Part shown: positions 1 through 22,184 of the stretch, piece after piece
Position numbering within the stretch: the first letter of the stretch is position 1
Layout: the number at the start of each line of letters is the position of its first letter
Source: the human T2T-CHM13v2.0 reference genome, Homo sapiens
Strand: one strand, 5' to 3'
Length of the DNA: 64,000 nucleotides
Assembly: GCF_009914755.1 (NCBI RefSeq)
Contig: NC_060940.1
Notes under the pieces: model-generated
The model's database searches: none
Told to the model about the DNA's origin: nothing
What the model saw: only the letters and a program-made list of their open reading frames with translations
Made by a program: the position numbers and the translations under genes

Positions 1-5940
<5,940 letters not shown>

Positions 5941-6100
5941 TACATAAATTAAGAAAATAAATTCCCCCACTTTGAAAATCACTGTAAGTTTTTCTTTATT
6001 CTGCCTTTTTAGAAACAGGTTCACAATTGACATATTACTGTTATGCACATACATGGTTTTCAATCACATTTTATAGTATCTAACCTCACTTTTCTTTAAG

Positions 6101-6178
6101 GATTTTATCCTGGAACATTACAGTGAAGATGGCTATTTATATGAAGATGAAATCACAGATCTTATGGATCTGAGACAA
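6101..6178 (+). pseudogene. RHPN2: RHPN2-like exon 5 (78 nt): [26 protein letters not shown]
   Basis: Acceptor tttctttaag|GAT, donor CAA|gtaagt. Confidence 0.93.
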
Positions 6179-6371
6179 GTAAGTTTTTGTGTGCAGCAGA
6201 GAGGGGAGGGTAGCTTTTCCAAGTTTTCAGGGAACCCCATTATTGCACGCTTGTGGTCTTAACAGAATCATGGGCAGATTGAGGTGATGGCTGGTGGGTG
6301 CTGGAATCATCCATTCCATTTGCTGCATAAGAAAACTGTAGAAGGAGGCCGGGTGCGGTGGTTCACGCCTA

Positions 6372-6632
<261 letters not shown>

Positions 6633-6635
6633 CTA

Positions 6636-6875
<240 letters not shown>

Positions 6876-7019
6876 CTAGAGTTGATGATGCCAGCAGTGA
6901 GGTCGTCATACTGCAGAAATAGTTACAGGCATCTGCTGGTATGTGCAGGGCACCTTCCGGGAAGGGCTGTCAGCTGTGTCCTCCTCTGCTCATGCCCTCT
7001 GGGGTTCTTTTCCTCGCAG

Positions 7020-7144
7020 GCTTGTCGGACGCCCAGCCGGGATGAGGCCAGGGTGGAACTGCTGATGACATACTTCATCCAGCTGGGCTTTGTTGAGAAT
7101 CGATTCTTCCCACCCACATGGCAGATGGGATTCCTGTTCACCTG
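7020..7144 (+). pseudogene. RHPN2: RHPN2-like exon 6 (125 nt): [42 protein letters not shown]
   Basis: Acceptor tcctcgcag|GCT, donor TG|gtaggt; lies within ORF 6882-7148. Confidence 0.93.
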
Positions 7145-7547
7145 GTAGGTGCTGGAGGTCTGCGCTGGCGCTTCACGTGTTATGGCAGCCACAGTTTTGG
7201 AGCCTCAGCATCACAGACGCCCCTCTGTGGGCACCTCAGCCCCTTTTCCTATCTTGCATTTTTCCGGGGTGCACCCCTGTGCACCTCAGCCCCCTTTCCT
7301 ATCTTGCATTTATCCAGGGAAGTCTAGAAAGGTGTCAATACATTGGTATTTATTTATGAAGGTGATCCGAGGGAGATGGCCCCAACAGACTGTGGCCTCT
7401 TGCTTCTCAGAACAAGTGAGCCAAGGAGAGGAGACATTTTTCTTGCTTGTTGTATCACTGGGGAAGCACAGGGCTCTGAAGTGGAATTAGCCAGAAGCAA
7501 GATTCTTGTCTCAGATTGGACTGGGGCATGCGTGTGTATGTGTGAGT

Positions 7548-7551
<4 letters not shown>

Positions 7552-7597
<46 letters not shown>
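7552..7597. repeat. (GA)23 microsatellite
   Basis: Direct reading. Confidence 0.95.
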
Positions 7598-7600
<3 letters not shown>

Positions 7601-8092
7601 TCAGGTCTTGTCCAGTGAGACAAAAGCACCAAACAGAAATAGATCAGGTTTCTTTTGAAACGGGGTCTCACTGTGTTGCCCAGGCTAGTCTTGAATTCCT
7701 GGGCTCAGGTGATATTTCTGCCTCAGCCTCCTGAGTAGCTGGGACTATAGGCATGAGCTACACACTCAGCTTAGATCAGATTTAAAAAATGGAAGTAGAG
7801 GATTTGATTCTTCTCCACAATTGGTATTTTCAGACAAGATCAGGCATGTCAGGGTGGTATGGCCGTAGACCCAGTTGGTGTTTTCAAAGATTAGTATACT
7901 TTAAATACTTGGGGGGCTGGGTACAGTGGCTTTCATGCCTATATTGCCAACACTTTGGGAGGCTGAGGCAAGCAGATCACTTGAGCCCAGGAGTTTGAGA
8001 CCAGCCTGGGCAACGTGGCAAAAACCCATATCTACAAACAATACAAAAATTTGCTGGGTACGATGGTATGCACCTGTAGTCCCAGGTACTCA

Positions 8093-8197
<105 letters not shown>

Positions 8198-8234
8198 TCA
8201 AAAAAGAAAAAAAAAGGCTGAGTGCGGTGGTTCA

Positions 8235-8760
<526 letters not shown>

Positions 8761-9507
8761 TCATGAATTAGGGAGAAGCTGTCTGCACACCCCTTGGTTC
8801 ATGAGTAAACTTTAAAACAAGTCCTAGGGCCAGGTGCGGTGGCTCACACCTGTAATCCTAGCACTTTGGGAGGCCGAGGTGGGTGGATCACCTGAGGTTG
8901 GGAGTTCGAGACCAGCCTGACCAACATGTCTCTACTAAAAATACAAAAATTAGCTGGGTGTGGTGGCGGGCACCTGTAATCCCAGCTACTCAGGAGGCTG
9001 AGGCAGGACCATTGCTTGAACCCCGGAAGCAGAAGCTGCAGTGAGCCGAGATGGCGCCACTGCACTCCAGCCTGGGTGAAAGAGCAAAACTTTGTCTCAA
9101 AAAATAAAAATAAATAAATAAATAAAACAAGTCCTAGGCTGGGTGTGGTGGTTCACATCTGGAATCCCAGCATGTTGGGAGGCCAAGGTGGGTGGATCAC
9201 TTGAGCCCAGGAGTTTGAGACCAGTCTAGGCAACACAGTGAGACCCCATCTCTACAAAACAATTAGAGAAAATGTGCCAGGCATGGGGGGCACATGCCTG
9301 TAGTCCCATCTACTTGGGAGGCTCAGATGAGAGGATCACTTAAGCCCAGGAGGTTGAGGCTGCAGTGAGTCATGATCATGCCACTGCACTCCAGCCTAGG
9401 CAACAGAGTGAGACTTGGTCTGAAAAAATAAAAAAGTAAAACAAATCCTGAGGTTTTAGATTTCAGAAAGAATTATGAGGGGTTAGTAATTGCCATATTT
9501 CATTTAG

Positions 9508-9678
<171 letters not shown>

Positions 9679-10149
9679 TAAAGGCACATGCCACCACCAT
9701 GTATTTTTGATAGAGAGGGGTTTCACTATGTTGCCCAGGCTGGTCTCAAACTCCTGAGCTCAAGCCAGCCACCTGCCTTGGCCTCTAAAATGCTGGGATT
9801 ACAGGTGTAAGCCACTGCACCCGGCCTTTTTTTTTTTTTTTTTTTTTTTGAGACAGATTCTCGCTCTGTTGCCCAGGCTGGAGGGCAGTGGCGTGATCTC
9901 GGCTCACTGCAACCTCCGCCTCCTGGGTTCAAGTGATTCTTCTGCCTCAGCTTTCTGAGTAGCTGGGATTACAGGTGTGCCCCACCACGCCTGGCTAATT
10001 TTTGTATTTTTAGTAGAGATGGGGTTTCACCACGTTGGCCAGGCTGGTCTCAGTCCCTGGCCTTGTGATCTGCCTGCCTTGGGCTCCCAAAGTGCTGGGA
10101 TTACAGGTGTAAGCCATCGCACCCAGCGCATTTTTTTTTTTTTTAATAA

Positions 10150-10545
10150 TTGAGGAATTTACCTGACACATCATTATCACCCAGAGTCCATAGTTCCCAT
10201 TAGGGTTCATTCTTGCACTTGTGTATTCTGCGGCTTTTGACCAACATAGAGTGACAGTGATCCATCTTTGCAGTGTCGTACAGAAGAGTTTCCCTGCTGG
10301 AAAAATCCTCCGTGTGCTCTGCCTGTTCCTCCCTCCCTCCCCCTAAGTCCTGGCAACCCCTGATCTTTCTTCTGTCTCCAGGGTTTTTGGCTTTTCAGAA
10401 TGTTGGACTCACACAGCGTGCTATACGGTAGGTAGCAATGTTCAGGTTGGCTCTTGGTAATGTTTCTTCTGCATCTTTTCAAGGCTTGCTTGAAAAGGCT
10501 CCATTTTTAGTACTGAGTAATAGTCCATTGTCTGGATGTCCCATG
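10150..10545 (-). mobile_element. Old L1 (L1M-type) 3' end fragment
   Basis: Reverse complement reads gaaccctaatgggaactatggactctgggtgataatgatgtgtc, typical of L1MB/MC 3' UTR. Confidence 0.65.
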
Positions 10546-11262
10546 CTGTGTTTATAAAGTTACCCCATCAGATATTTTTGTGTGTGGCTGTGGTGGTCAG
10601 TGTGATTAGTCCTGTCATCTTGCTTGGAAACAAAAGCCTCAGTGCATGTGCATTCTTGAATTTTATTGAAGAAATGAGTTTGTTGTTGTTGTTATTGTTG
10701 CCCAGGCTGGAGCACAGTGGCACAATCTTGGCTCACAGTAACCTCCGCCTCTCGGGTTCCAGCAGTTCTCCCGCCTCAGCCTCCTGAGTAGCTGGGATTA
10801 CAGGTGCCCGCTACCATGCCTGGCTAATTTTTGTATTTTTAGTGGAGACTGGGTTTCACCATGTTGGCCAGGCTGGTCTCGAACTCCTGACCTCAGGTGA
10901 TCCACCTGCCTTGGCCTCCCAAAGTGCTGGGATTACAGGTGTGAGCCACTGCACCCAGCCAACCCAGGAGTTTAACAGCAGTTTGGGTAACATAGTGAGA
11001 CCCCATCTCTACAAAAATTAAAAAAAAAAAATTAGGCAGGTATGGTGGCATGCACCTGTAATCCCAGCTTTCTCATGAGGCTGAGGTGGGAGGATCAATT
11101 GAGCCCTAAAGTTGGAGGCTGCAGTAAGCTATGATCACACCACTGCACTCCAGCCTGGGCAACAGAGTGAGATCCTGACTCTTAAAAAAATAATAATAGA
11201 GCCAGGCACAGTGGCTCACGCCTGTAATCCCAGCACTTTGGGAGGCTGAGGTGGGCGGATCA

Positions 11263-11582
<320 letters not shown>

Positions 11583-11605
11583 CTAAATGCATTTCTTTCA
11601 CATAG

Positions 11606-11772
11606 GTATGACTCCCTCACTGGGGTTCTGGTCAGCCAGCAGAACCTGCTGCTGGAGAAGGCCAGTGTCCTGTTCAACACTGGGGTCCTCTACACCCAGA
11701 TTGGGACCCGGCGCTATCGGCACACGCAGGCTGGGCTGCAGAGTGCCATAGATGCCTTTCAGAGAGCTGCAG
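11606..11772 (+). pseudogene. RHPN2: RHPN2-like exon 7 (167 nt): [24 protein letters not shown]...AFQRAAG (BRO1 core)
   Basis: Acceptor ttctttcacatag|G, donor G|gtatgt; BRO1-type motifs EKASVLFN and AFQRAAG. Confidence 0.93.
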
Positions 11773-11924
11773 GTATGTCTCCTCCAGGGCTAACTGGACA
11801 GAGCCTTGGCCCCGCCTGGAGGCACCAGGTGACCCCCCCACTGAAGAGGGTCTACAGGTCGTCCCCTGCAAGGGCCAGAGCAATCTTCAGCTCTGGTGTA
11901 ACTTCCCATTAAGAAACTTGCTCC

Positions 11925-12242
<318 letters not shown>

Positions 12243-13061
12243 TCAGTCTGGGATGGCTTGATGTACATGGTGAATCCTGTGGCTGATGATTGATCTTTTC
12301 CAGACAAGTGGCCCTGGGATGGCAGTGCATAACTGTTTCTTTCAACACTGTCATGAAGAGCAGAATAACTTTTCCCAAATAGTGAAACCGTAGGCTTCTT
12401 TTTCTTGTATTAGGTGTACCCTATCTGTGCGTATTACTCTCCGTGCCTTTATTTATTTATTTATTTATTTATGAGATGGATTTTCGCCCTTGTCGCCCAG
12501 GCTGGAGTGCAGTGGCGCAATGTTGGCTCACTGCTTGAAACCTCCCGGTTTCAGGTGATTCTCCTGCCTCAGCCTCCTGAGTAGCTGGGATTACAGGCAC
12601 CCGCCGCCACGCCCGGCTAATTTTTGTATTTTTAGTAGAGATGGGGTCTCACCATCCTGGCCAGGCTGGTCTCGAATTCCTGACCTCAGGTGTTCTGCCT
12701 GCCTCAGCCTCCCAAAATGCTGGGATTACAGGCACCCGCCACCACGCCCGGCTAATTTTTGTATTTTTAGTAGAGATGGGGTCTCACCATCCTGGCCAGG
12801 CTGGTCTCGAATTCCTGACCTCAGGTGTTCCGCCTGCCTCAGCCTCCCAAAATGCTGGGATTACAGGGTGAGCCACCACACCCTGCCCCTCCATGCCTTT
12901 ATGTCACCTGCATTCTGCCAGCTTCTCCAGCATGAGGTGGGTGTTCTCAACCCTTTGTCAAGTGATGCATTCAAAGGATGTCTCATAGCTCAGTTCCCTT
13001 CTTCTGGGAACTGTCTTTTGTTGTTTTATTTTATTTTATTTATTTGTTTATTTTGAGATAG

Positions 13062-13274
<213 letters not shown>

Positions 13275-14492
13275 TAATCCTAGTATGAGAACAAGGTGCG
13301 GGGTCGAGGAGAAAAGCAGCCTAGTGCTTACACCTGTAGAGGACCGGGGTCACCAGACCCAGTGCTGTGGGTGAGCCTGGCATGGCTCACCCTTGCCTGC
13401 GGGTTCTGCCTTGCTCCCCCATAGCAGGGCCTGTGTCTGGGTCAGACTCCGCATGGGGATGGATGCAAGAGCAGGGCACAGTGTAGACCACAGTGTGTTC
13501 TCCACACTAGCTCTATAGTGTGTTGCCTTCTAGGTTGATCATCGACATTCTGCTTTGGGGTGTGATCCCCTTCCACCCGTGTGGATCATTGTTTGATATC
13601 ACTTTGCCCTGCAAGCTTGTGAAGAACCAGAGCTTTGCCACTTCAACTCATTGTGAAATTTCTGATGTTACAATGATTGGTCCTAACAGCCTGGGCCACA
13701 CAGGAAGACCCTGTCTCTACAGAATATTTAAAATTAGCCAAGCGTGGTGGTGTACACCCATAGTTCCAGCTACTCCAGAGGCTAAGACGGGAGGATCAAT
13801 TAAGCCCAGGAGTTTGAGGCTGCAGTGAGCTAGGATTGCCAAAAAGAATTTTTTTTAATTAAAGAAATAGGCCAGGCATGGTGGCTCATGCCTGTAATCC
13901 CAGCACTTTAGGAGGCTGAGGTGGGTGGATTGCTGGAGCTCAGGAATTTGAGATCAGCCTGGGCAACAAGGCAAAATTCCATCTCTACAAAAAGTACAAA
14001 AATTAGCTGGGCCTGGTGGTGCATGCCTGTAGTCTCAGCTACTTGGGAGGCTGAGATGGAAGGATCACCCAAGGTTGTGGTAAGCCAAGATCGTGCCATT
14101 GCACTCCAGCCTGGGCGACAGAGCAAGAACCTGTCTCAAAAAATAATTAATTAATTAAAAAAATGAAAGATTGTTCTCTTAGGATGAAGTGATATGCTAA
14201 GATTCCAAGTATGAGTTGATTTCTTTTGTTGTAAATCTTTTTTCTGGACTCATCTTTCTGGGGAATCTTAGGCAGGCACTCTGTGTCCTGTCTCTGAGAT
14301 TATAGCAATGGAGACAAATTATAGATGAAATGAAGCAAGTGGGAGAACAGTGGGGAGTGTGAGGGAACCCCCACGGAGCTCACAGCTCAAAACAGCAGGT
14401 GCCATCCCTCCGCAGGGCGGGGATTTTTTTTTTTTTTTTTTTTTTTGCTCAGCAACAAAACCAGAGGACCCAGTTGGCTGGGATTCATATGA

Positions 14493-14748
<256 letters not shown>

Positions 14749-15459
14749 TAGCTGGGATTATAGGTGTGTACCATCATGCCTGGCTAATTTTTATAATTTT
14801 AGTAGAGGCAGGGTTTTGTCATGTTGGCCAGGCTGGTCTCGAACCTGACCTCAGGTGAACCACCCGCCTTGGCCTCCCAAAGTGCTGGGATTAGAGGCAT
14901 GAGCCACCGTGCCTGGCCAGAACAGATCTTTCTTGAGGTCCAGGGGAAAAGCCCTGGACTGCTGAATGACTCAGATCTTATGTGTGAGCCTGGCCCCCTG
15001 TGAGCCCCTCAGTCCTTGTGCCTGCTCTCTGCTTGCATCTCCATACCTGTCATGATGGAATTTTGTCCCAGGTGACACAGGAGTTGTGGGGAGCAGGCTG
15101 GTTTCTCTACTCAATAGAGATGTAAGTGTTTTGGAAGATAATCCAATTTTTAAAAATTGGGTTAAAAGGCTAGGTGGGGTGGCTCACACCTGTTACCCCA
15201 GCACTTTGGGTGGCCGAGGCAGGCAGATCACCTGAGGTCAGGAGTTCAAGACCAGTCTGGCCAACATGGTGAAACCCCATCTGTGGTAAAAATACAAAAA
15301 TTAGCTGGGTGTGGTGGTGAGCACCTGTAATCCCTGCTACTTGGGGGGCTGAGGCAGGGGGATCGCTTGAACCTGGGAGGCAGAGGTTTCAGTGAGCTGA
15401 AATCATGCCACTGCACTCCAGCCTGGGCATTTATTTATAAATAAATAAATAAATAGTGT

Positions 15460-16612
15460 TAAAATATACATATATAACCTAAAATGTACTATTTTAACCA
15501 GTTTTTTTATTACAGTAAAATAATACAACATAAAATTACCATTTTAATGATTATCTTAAATTTTTAAAATTTTAAAATTATCCTGCCAACCAGAAGCACA
15601 TTTTAACCATTTTGAAGTGTGTAGTTCAATGGCATTAAGTGCATTTGTACATTCATAGTGTTGTGCAGCCATTACCACTAAACATCTCCAGAAGTTAAAA
15701 ATATTTTTTGTTGGTTAGGCAAGGTGGCTCACACCTGTAATCTCAGCAGTTTGGGAGGCTGAGTCAGGAGGATCACTTGAATCCAAGAATTGGAGACCAG
15801 TCTGGGCAACATAGGCACACCCCATCTGTACAAAAAATTTTAAAATTAGCTGGGTGTGGGGTAGTGCATGTCTGTAGTCCCAGCTCTTCAGGAGACTGAG
15901 GTGGGAGGACTGCTTGAGCCCAGGAGTTTAAGGCTGCAGTGCGTCATGATCATGCCACTGCACTCCAGTCTGGGCAACAGAGTGTGATCTTGTCTCAAAA
16001 ATAAATAAAATAAATACATTTTTAAAAAGTATATATTTTTTAAGAGACAGGGGTCTCAGTATGTTGCCCAGGCTGGTCTTGAACTCTTAATATCAAGCAA
16101 CCCTCCCACCTCAGCCTCCCTCGTAGCTGGGATTACAGGCAGCAGCCCCTGTGCCCAGCTATCTCCAGAACTTTTTCATCTGGATGATGGATAAGCAAAG
16201 CTCTGTACTCAGTTAAGCAATAACTTCCCATTGCCCCCTTTCCCAGCCCCAGCTAACCTCTGTTCTCCTTTCTGTTTCTGTGAATTTGACTATTCTGGGT
16301 ACCTTATCTAAATGGAATCCTACAATATTGGTCCTTTTGTGACTGGCTTGTTTCACTTAGCATAATGCCCTTATTTACACTGTACCATGTGTCAGAATTT
16401 CATTCCTTTTTAAGGCTGAAAAATACTCCATTGTATGGATAGGCCACATTGTGTTTAATCATTCATCTGCTCACGGATGTCTGGGTGGTTTCCACTTTTC
16501 AGCTCTTGTAAATAATGTTGCTATTAACACGGGTGTTCAAGTATCACTTAAGCCCCCACTTTCAATTGTTTGGGGATATATATCATAGGAGTGGAATTGC
16601 TGGACCATATAA
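15460..16612 (-). mobile_element. L1M-type 3' fragment interrupted by Alus
   Basis: ttaaccattttgaagtgtgtagttcaatggcattaagt...; gactggcttgtttcacttagcataatg; aggagtggaattgctggaccata. Confidence 0.7.
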
Positions 16613-16642
16613 TTGAGAATCAAACTTTTTAATATGTTGTAG

Positions 16643-16930
<288 letters not shown>

Positions 16931-17055
16931 TGACCTCCCAATGTGTTGGGATTATGGGCATGAGCCACCACACCTGGCCTCCTATCTTTCTCTACAGCAA
17001 CGTGATGAAGTAAATATAAACCCGAACTAATGGGCAAAACATTTTCCACTTTTAG

Positions 17056-17243
17056 GGGTTTTAAACTACCTGAAAGAGACATTTACCCATAATCCAAGTT
17101 ACGATATGATCCCTGCCATGCTCAGCGTGCTTGTCAAAATGATGCTTGCACAAACCCAAGAAAGCGTGTTTGAGAAAATCAGCCTTCCTGGGATCTGGAA
17201 TGAATTCTTCATGCTGGTGAAGGTGGCTCAGGAGGCTGCCAAG
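17056..17243 (+). pseudogene. RHPN2: RHPN2-like exon 8 (188 nt): VLNYLKETF...MMLAQTQE...VAQEAAK
   Basis: Acceptor ccacttttag|GG, donor AAG|gtaaga. Confidence 0.93.
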
Positions 17244-17652
17244 GTAAGACTCCCTGGTTCCTGTGACTTTGGGGGGTGGGCAGGAAATGCTGGCACAGGA
17301 GCACTGGAAGTAATGGGGCCTTCCCACAGGAGCTTGCCTGTGACCTGGGCATTGTGCCAGCTCCGGCCAGTACTGCTGGCTTGAGTTTTCTTGGCAAGTG
17401 TTGGTGTTTCAGATACGGATCACTGATTCCATCTGCAGCTTAACCTAAAAACCAGCATAATGACAGCAGCCTGATCCCCCTGTTAACTGTGACAATGACA
17501 GAACGGGGGGTTGCTTGGAGTTGCTCCCAGATTCTGGAGCAGCCCCTGGCAGGGGCTGTTGCATGAGAAGAAGAAAGGGCTCTTTCTCTGCAAATGGGTT
17601 CATGAGGGCCCTTGTGCCGGGCTGCCCCTTCCCAATGCCCCTTCTATTTCAG

Positions 17653-17809
17653 GTGGGAGAGGTCTGCCGACAGCTGCACGCAGCCATGAGCCAGGTGCTG
17701 GTGAAAGAGAACATCCCCTACTCCTGGGCCAGCTTGGCCTGCGTGAAGGCCCACCACTATGCGGCCCTGGCCCACTACTTCACTGCCATCCTCCTCATCG
17801 ACCACCAGG
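17653..17809 (+). pseudogene. RHPN2: RHPN2-like exon 9 (157 nt): VGEVCRQLH...KAHHYAALAHYFTAILLIDHQ
   Basis: Acceptor cttctatttcag|GTG, donor G|gtaagg. Confidence 0.93.
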
Positions 17810-18076
17810 GTAAGGCCTGTGGGGTTCGGGGGTTTGGCCAGGGCTGTGGTCCAGCTGCCCCAGGGGCGATTCTGAGCTGAGTGAGAGCTAACTGCCTTCC
17901 CTGGAGATGCTCACAGGCTGAAGGCAGAGGATGAGAATGACCCATGACTGAGGCAGCTGCTGCACAGGCCATGGTGGGGTTAGGGGTTATAAGCTTCTTT
18001 AGAGGGAGGAAGAGGAGGCACCTTTAATTCTGCCTGTGTGCAAGAGGATGAATTTTCACCTGGAATCTAGAATCTA

Positions 18077-18502
<426 letters not shown>

Positions 18503-18852
18503 TTATTTTATTTTATTTTATTTATTTTTAGAGATGGGGCTGGAGTGCAGTGGTATGATCATGGCTCACTGCCTTCTTGAACTCCTGGGCTCAAGCAATC
18601 CTCCCACTTCAGCCTCCTGAATACCTGGGACTACAGGCACATGCCACTACACCAGTTAATTGAAAAAAATTTTTTTCGTAGAGATGGAGTCTCACTATGT
18701 TGCCTAGGTTGGTTTCAAATTCCTGGCCTCAAGCAATTGTCCTGCCTTGGCCTCCCCAAAGTGTTGGGATTACAGGCATGAGCCATGGTGCCTGGCCAGG
18801 GATTTTTGATCTAATAAGTACTAATCCAGGCAGCCTCCCGAGGAATTAAAAA

Positions 18853-19050
18853 GACAGCCTCTGGAGCCAGACTTCCTGGGTTCATATCTCAGCTCTGCCA
18901 TGAATGAGCTGTATTACCTTGGGCAAGTTACTTAGCTGTCCTCTGCCTCGATTTTCTCATCTGTAAAATGGGTATATGGAGAGAATCTACCTCACAGGCT
19001 GTCATGAAAATGAAGGGCCTGTATGCAAAGCTCAATAATGCTTTATATGC
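18853..19050 (+). mobile_element. MIR
   Basis: Core accttgggcaagttactt...ctcatctgtaaaatggg. Confidence 0.8.
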
Positions 19051-19596
19051 TGTAGGTTCTCTGAAAGTGTGAGCCACCACTCCTAGTACTATATAGTCTA
19101 TTAGGCGAGACAAGATGTTGAAACAAATAGAAATACCATATAGTGCCTTGGTGATTGCTGCAGAGACACAAATGCAGCAGCAGGTGGACTCCATGGTGCA
19201 GTCATTGATGGCTTCTCAGAGGCGGTGACATTTGAGTTCAACTTTTCCATCTGCACAGGAGGGAAGGGTCAGCCTAGAGGGAGTAAAGTGTCTGAGCACA
19301 GGAACAGAGGCCGAGGGTGCTGGGGAAGTGGAGAGTGGTTTTGTGAGGTTTGAGAGCAGGATATGCACCAGGGAGGGTGTGGTTGAAGCAGGAAGGGGCT
19401 CTGCTGCAGGTGTGCAGGACTGCAGAGGGGTGCAGGCCAGGCATGACAGGGTCTGGGCTGTGCTAGGAGGTTCTGTGTGGTGGGTGAGTCAGAGGAGGTA
19501 GTGTGTGGGGGCTCAGGGTCAAATTATGAACCTCACCAGGTGTGGTGGTTCACGCCTACAATCCCAGCACTTTGGGAGGCCGAGATGGGTGGATCA

Positions 19597-20055
<459 letters not shown>

Positions 20056-20358
20056 CTAACTACTCAGGAGGCTGAGGTGGGAGGATCACTTGAGCCCAGG
20101 AGTTCAAGGCTGCAGTGAAATATGATTGTGCCATTGCACTCCAGCCTGGTGACAGAGTGAGACCGTCTCAAAGAAAAAAAAAGCTTGAGGGTCAGACTGC
20201 CTGGGGTGTGTCCAGGGGCAGAAAGGAGAGCCATGATCCCAAATGCCTTGTGAAACTGCAGAAGAAAGGAAACTAGAGACATGGTAGAAAGAGAAATCTC
20301 TATGTGGGTCTGTGGCCAGGTCCATGAGAGGGGATTTAACCTGTGGTTCTCTTTGCAG

Positions 20359-20475
20359 TGAAGCCAGGCACGGATCTGGACCACCAGAAGTGCCTGTCCC
20401 AGCTCTACGACCACATGCCAGAGGGGCTGACACCCTTGGCCACACTGAAGAATGATCAGCAGCGCCAACAGCTGG
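20359..20475 (+). pseudogene. RHPN2: RHPN2-like exon 10 (117 nt; one codon shorter than recalled RHPN2 HQEKC): KPGTDLDHQKCLSQLY...QQRQQL
   Basis: Acceptor ttctctttgcag|TG, donor G|gtgcat (weak). Confidence 0.9.
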
Positions 20476-21004
20476 GTGCATGTCCCTCTGCACCCAGATG
20501 TGGGTCCCACTTGGTGACCAGCTGGTCCTGCTCACAGACAGCCACAGAGAGGTCCCTGAAGAGGGCCCGGGAGAGGGGGGTGTTCCAAGTCATCGTGGCC
20601 ACTTTGGGTTCGGAAGTCATGAGGCACAGTCCTGAGCCTCAGAGGGCTTCCCAGGCTGTGTTCTCATGGGTTCCATAGCACCCAGGCCTCCCCCTGTGGA
20701 GCCAGGACTTTAACCATCTCCCTTGGGGTCCACAGGGTGGCCTGTATCATGCTAACAGGGAAGGAGACGTTTGTTGATTTCCTTATGCATGGCTGAATTC
20801 CCAAGAACACCTAATGACTGGTAATGAAGTGTCCTGGTTTGGTCTCTGCCATGTCTCAGTGTGAATATCTCTTCCCATGTGCAGACCTCACCTCCACCAC
20901 CCTAATCTGCCCCCACGCACACATACGCAGCTTCCCCGTCTCAGTGATGGCAACTCCCACCCCTCTAGGTGCTCAGGCCAGAAACCTTGGACTCACTCTC
21001 CAGT

Positions 21005-21650
21005 CTTCTTTTCTTTCCTCCTCTTTCCCCTCCCCTCCCCTCTGCTCCCCTCTCCTCTCTTCCCCTCTGCTCCCCTCCCCTCCTCTCCCGTTCTCTCCCC
21101 TCCTCTTCCCTCCCCTCCTCTTCCCTCCCCTCTGTTACCCTCCCCTCCTCTCCCATTCTCTCCCCTCCTCTTCCCTCCCCTCTGTTACCCTCCCCTCCCC
21201 TCCTCTCCCCTTCTCTCCCCTCCTCTCTTCTCCCCTCCCCTCCTCTCTCTGCCGTCCTCCCTCTCCTCTCTCCTCCGTCCTCCCTCCCCTCCCCTCCTCC
21301 CTCTCCTCTCTTCCCCTCCTCCCTCTCCTCCCCTCCCTTCCCTTTCTCCCCTCCCCTCCCTTCCCATCCTTCCTCTCCTCTCCTCCCCTCTCCCACCTCC
21401 CCTTCACTCCCCTTTCTCCTCCTCTCCCCTCCCCTCTCCTCTCATCCTTCCTCCTCTCCCTTCACCCTTCCCCTCTCCCCTCTCCCCTCCCCTCTCCTCT
21501 CCTTTTCTTTTTCCTTGTTGCTTTCCTTTTCTTTCCCTTTCCTTTCCTCTCTCTCTTTTATTCTTTCTTTCTTTCCTTTCTCTCTTTCTCTCCTCCCCAT
21601 CTACCCTTCCTCCCTCCTTTCCTCTTTCCTTTTCTTTCATTTGCTTTCTT
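21005..21650. repeat. Polypyrimidine/polypurine low-complexity tract (CCTCT/CCCT/CTTT-like units)
   Basis: About 650 nt almost exclusively C/T on the + strand. Confidence 0.95.
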
Positions 21651-22184
21651 TGACAGCATCTTGCTGTCCCCCAGGCTGCAGTGCAGTAGTGCAATCACAG
21701 CTCAGTGCAGCCTCAAACTCCTGGCTTCAAGTGATCCTCCTGCCTCAGCCTGCTGAGTAGCTGGGACTATAGACATGCACCACCATGCCCGGCTAATATT
21801 ATAAAAAGGTTTTTTTAGAGATGCGGTCTCACTATGTTGCCCGGGCTGGTTTTGAACTCCGAGCTTCAAGTGATCCTCCTGCCTCAGCCTGCTGAGTAGC
21901 TGGGACTATAGGCGTGCACCACCATGCCCGGCTAATATTGTAAAAAGGTTTTTGTAGAGATGCGGTCTCACTATGTTGCCCGGGCTGGTTTTGAACTACT
22001 GGCCTCCAGCGATCCTCCTTCCTCTGTCTCCCAAAGTGCTGGGATTACAGGCACGAGCCACCACACCTAACCTCTTGTCTTACTTTCTCACCCTACATTT
22101 GATTAGCAAATCCCTTTGGCTGTACCTAGAAGACACACTCAAATCTGGCCACTTTAACCCTGCTGCCCTGGTGGAAGCCACATG

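Noticed and set aside
15429-15446. 18-bp perfect palindrome ATTTATTTATAAATAAAT at a clipped Alu 3' end
   Set aside because: Low-complexity (TAAA)n tail; short AT palindromes arise easily.
20824-21760. Long ORFs (258-310 aa, Pro/Ser/Leu-rich) and antisense Gly/Glu/Arg-rich ORFs
   Set aside because: Artefacts of the polypyrimidine tract, which cannot contain stop codons; all three frames are open.
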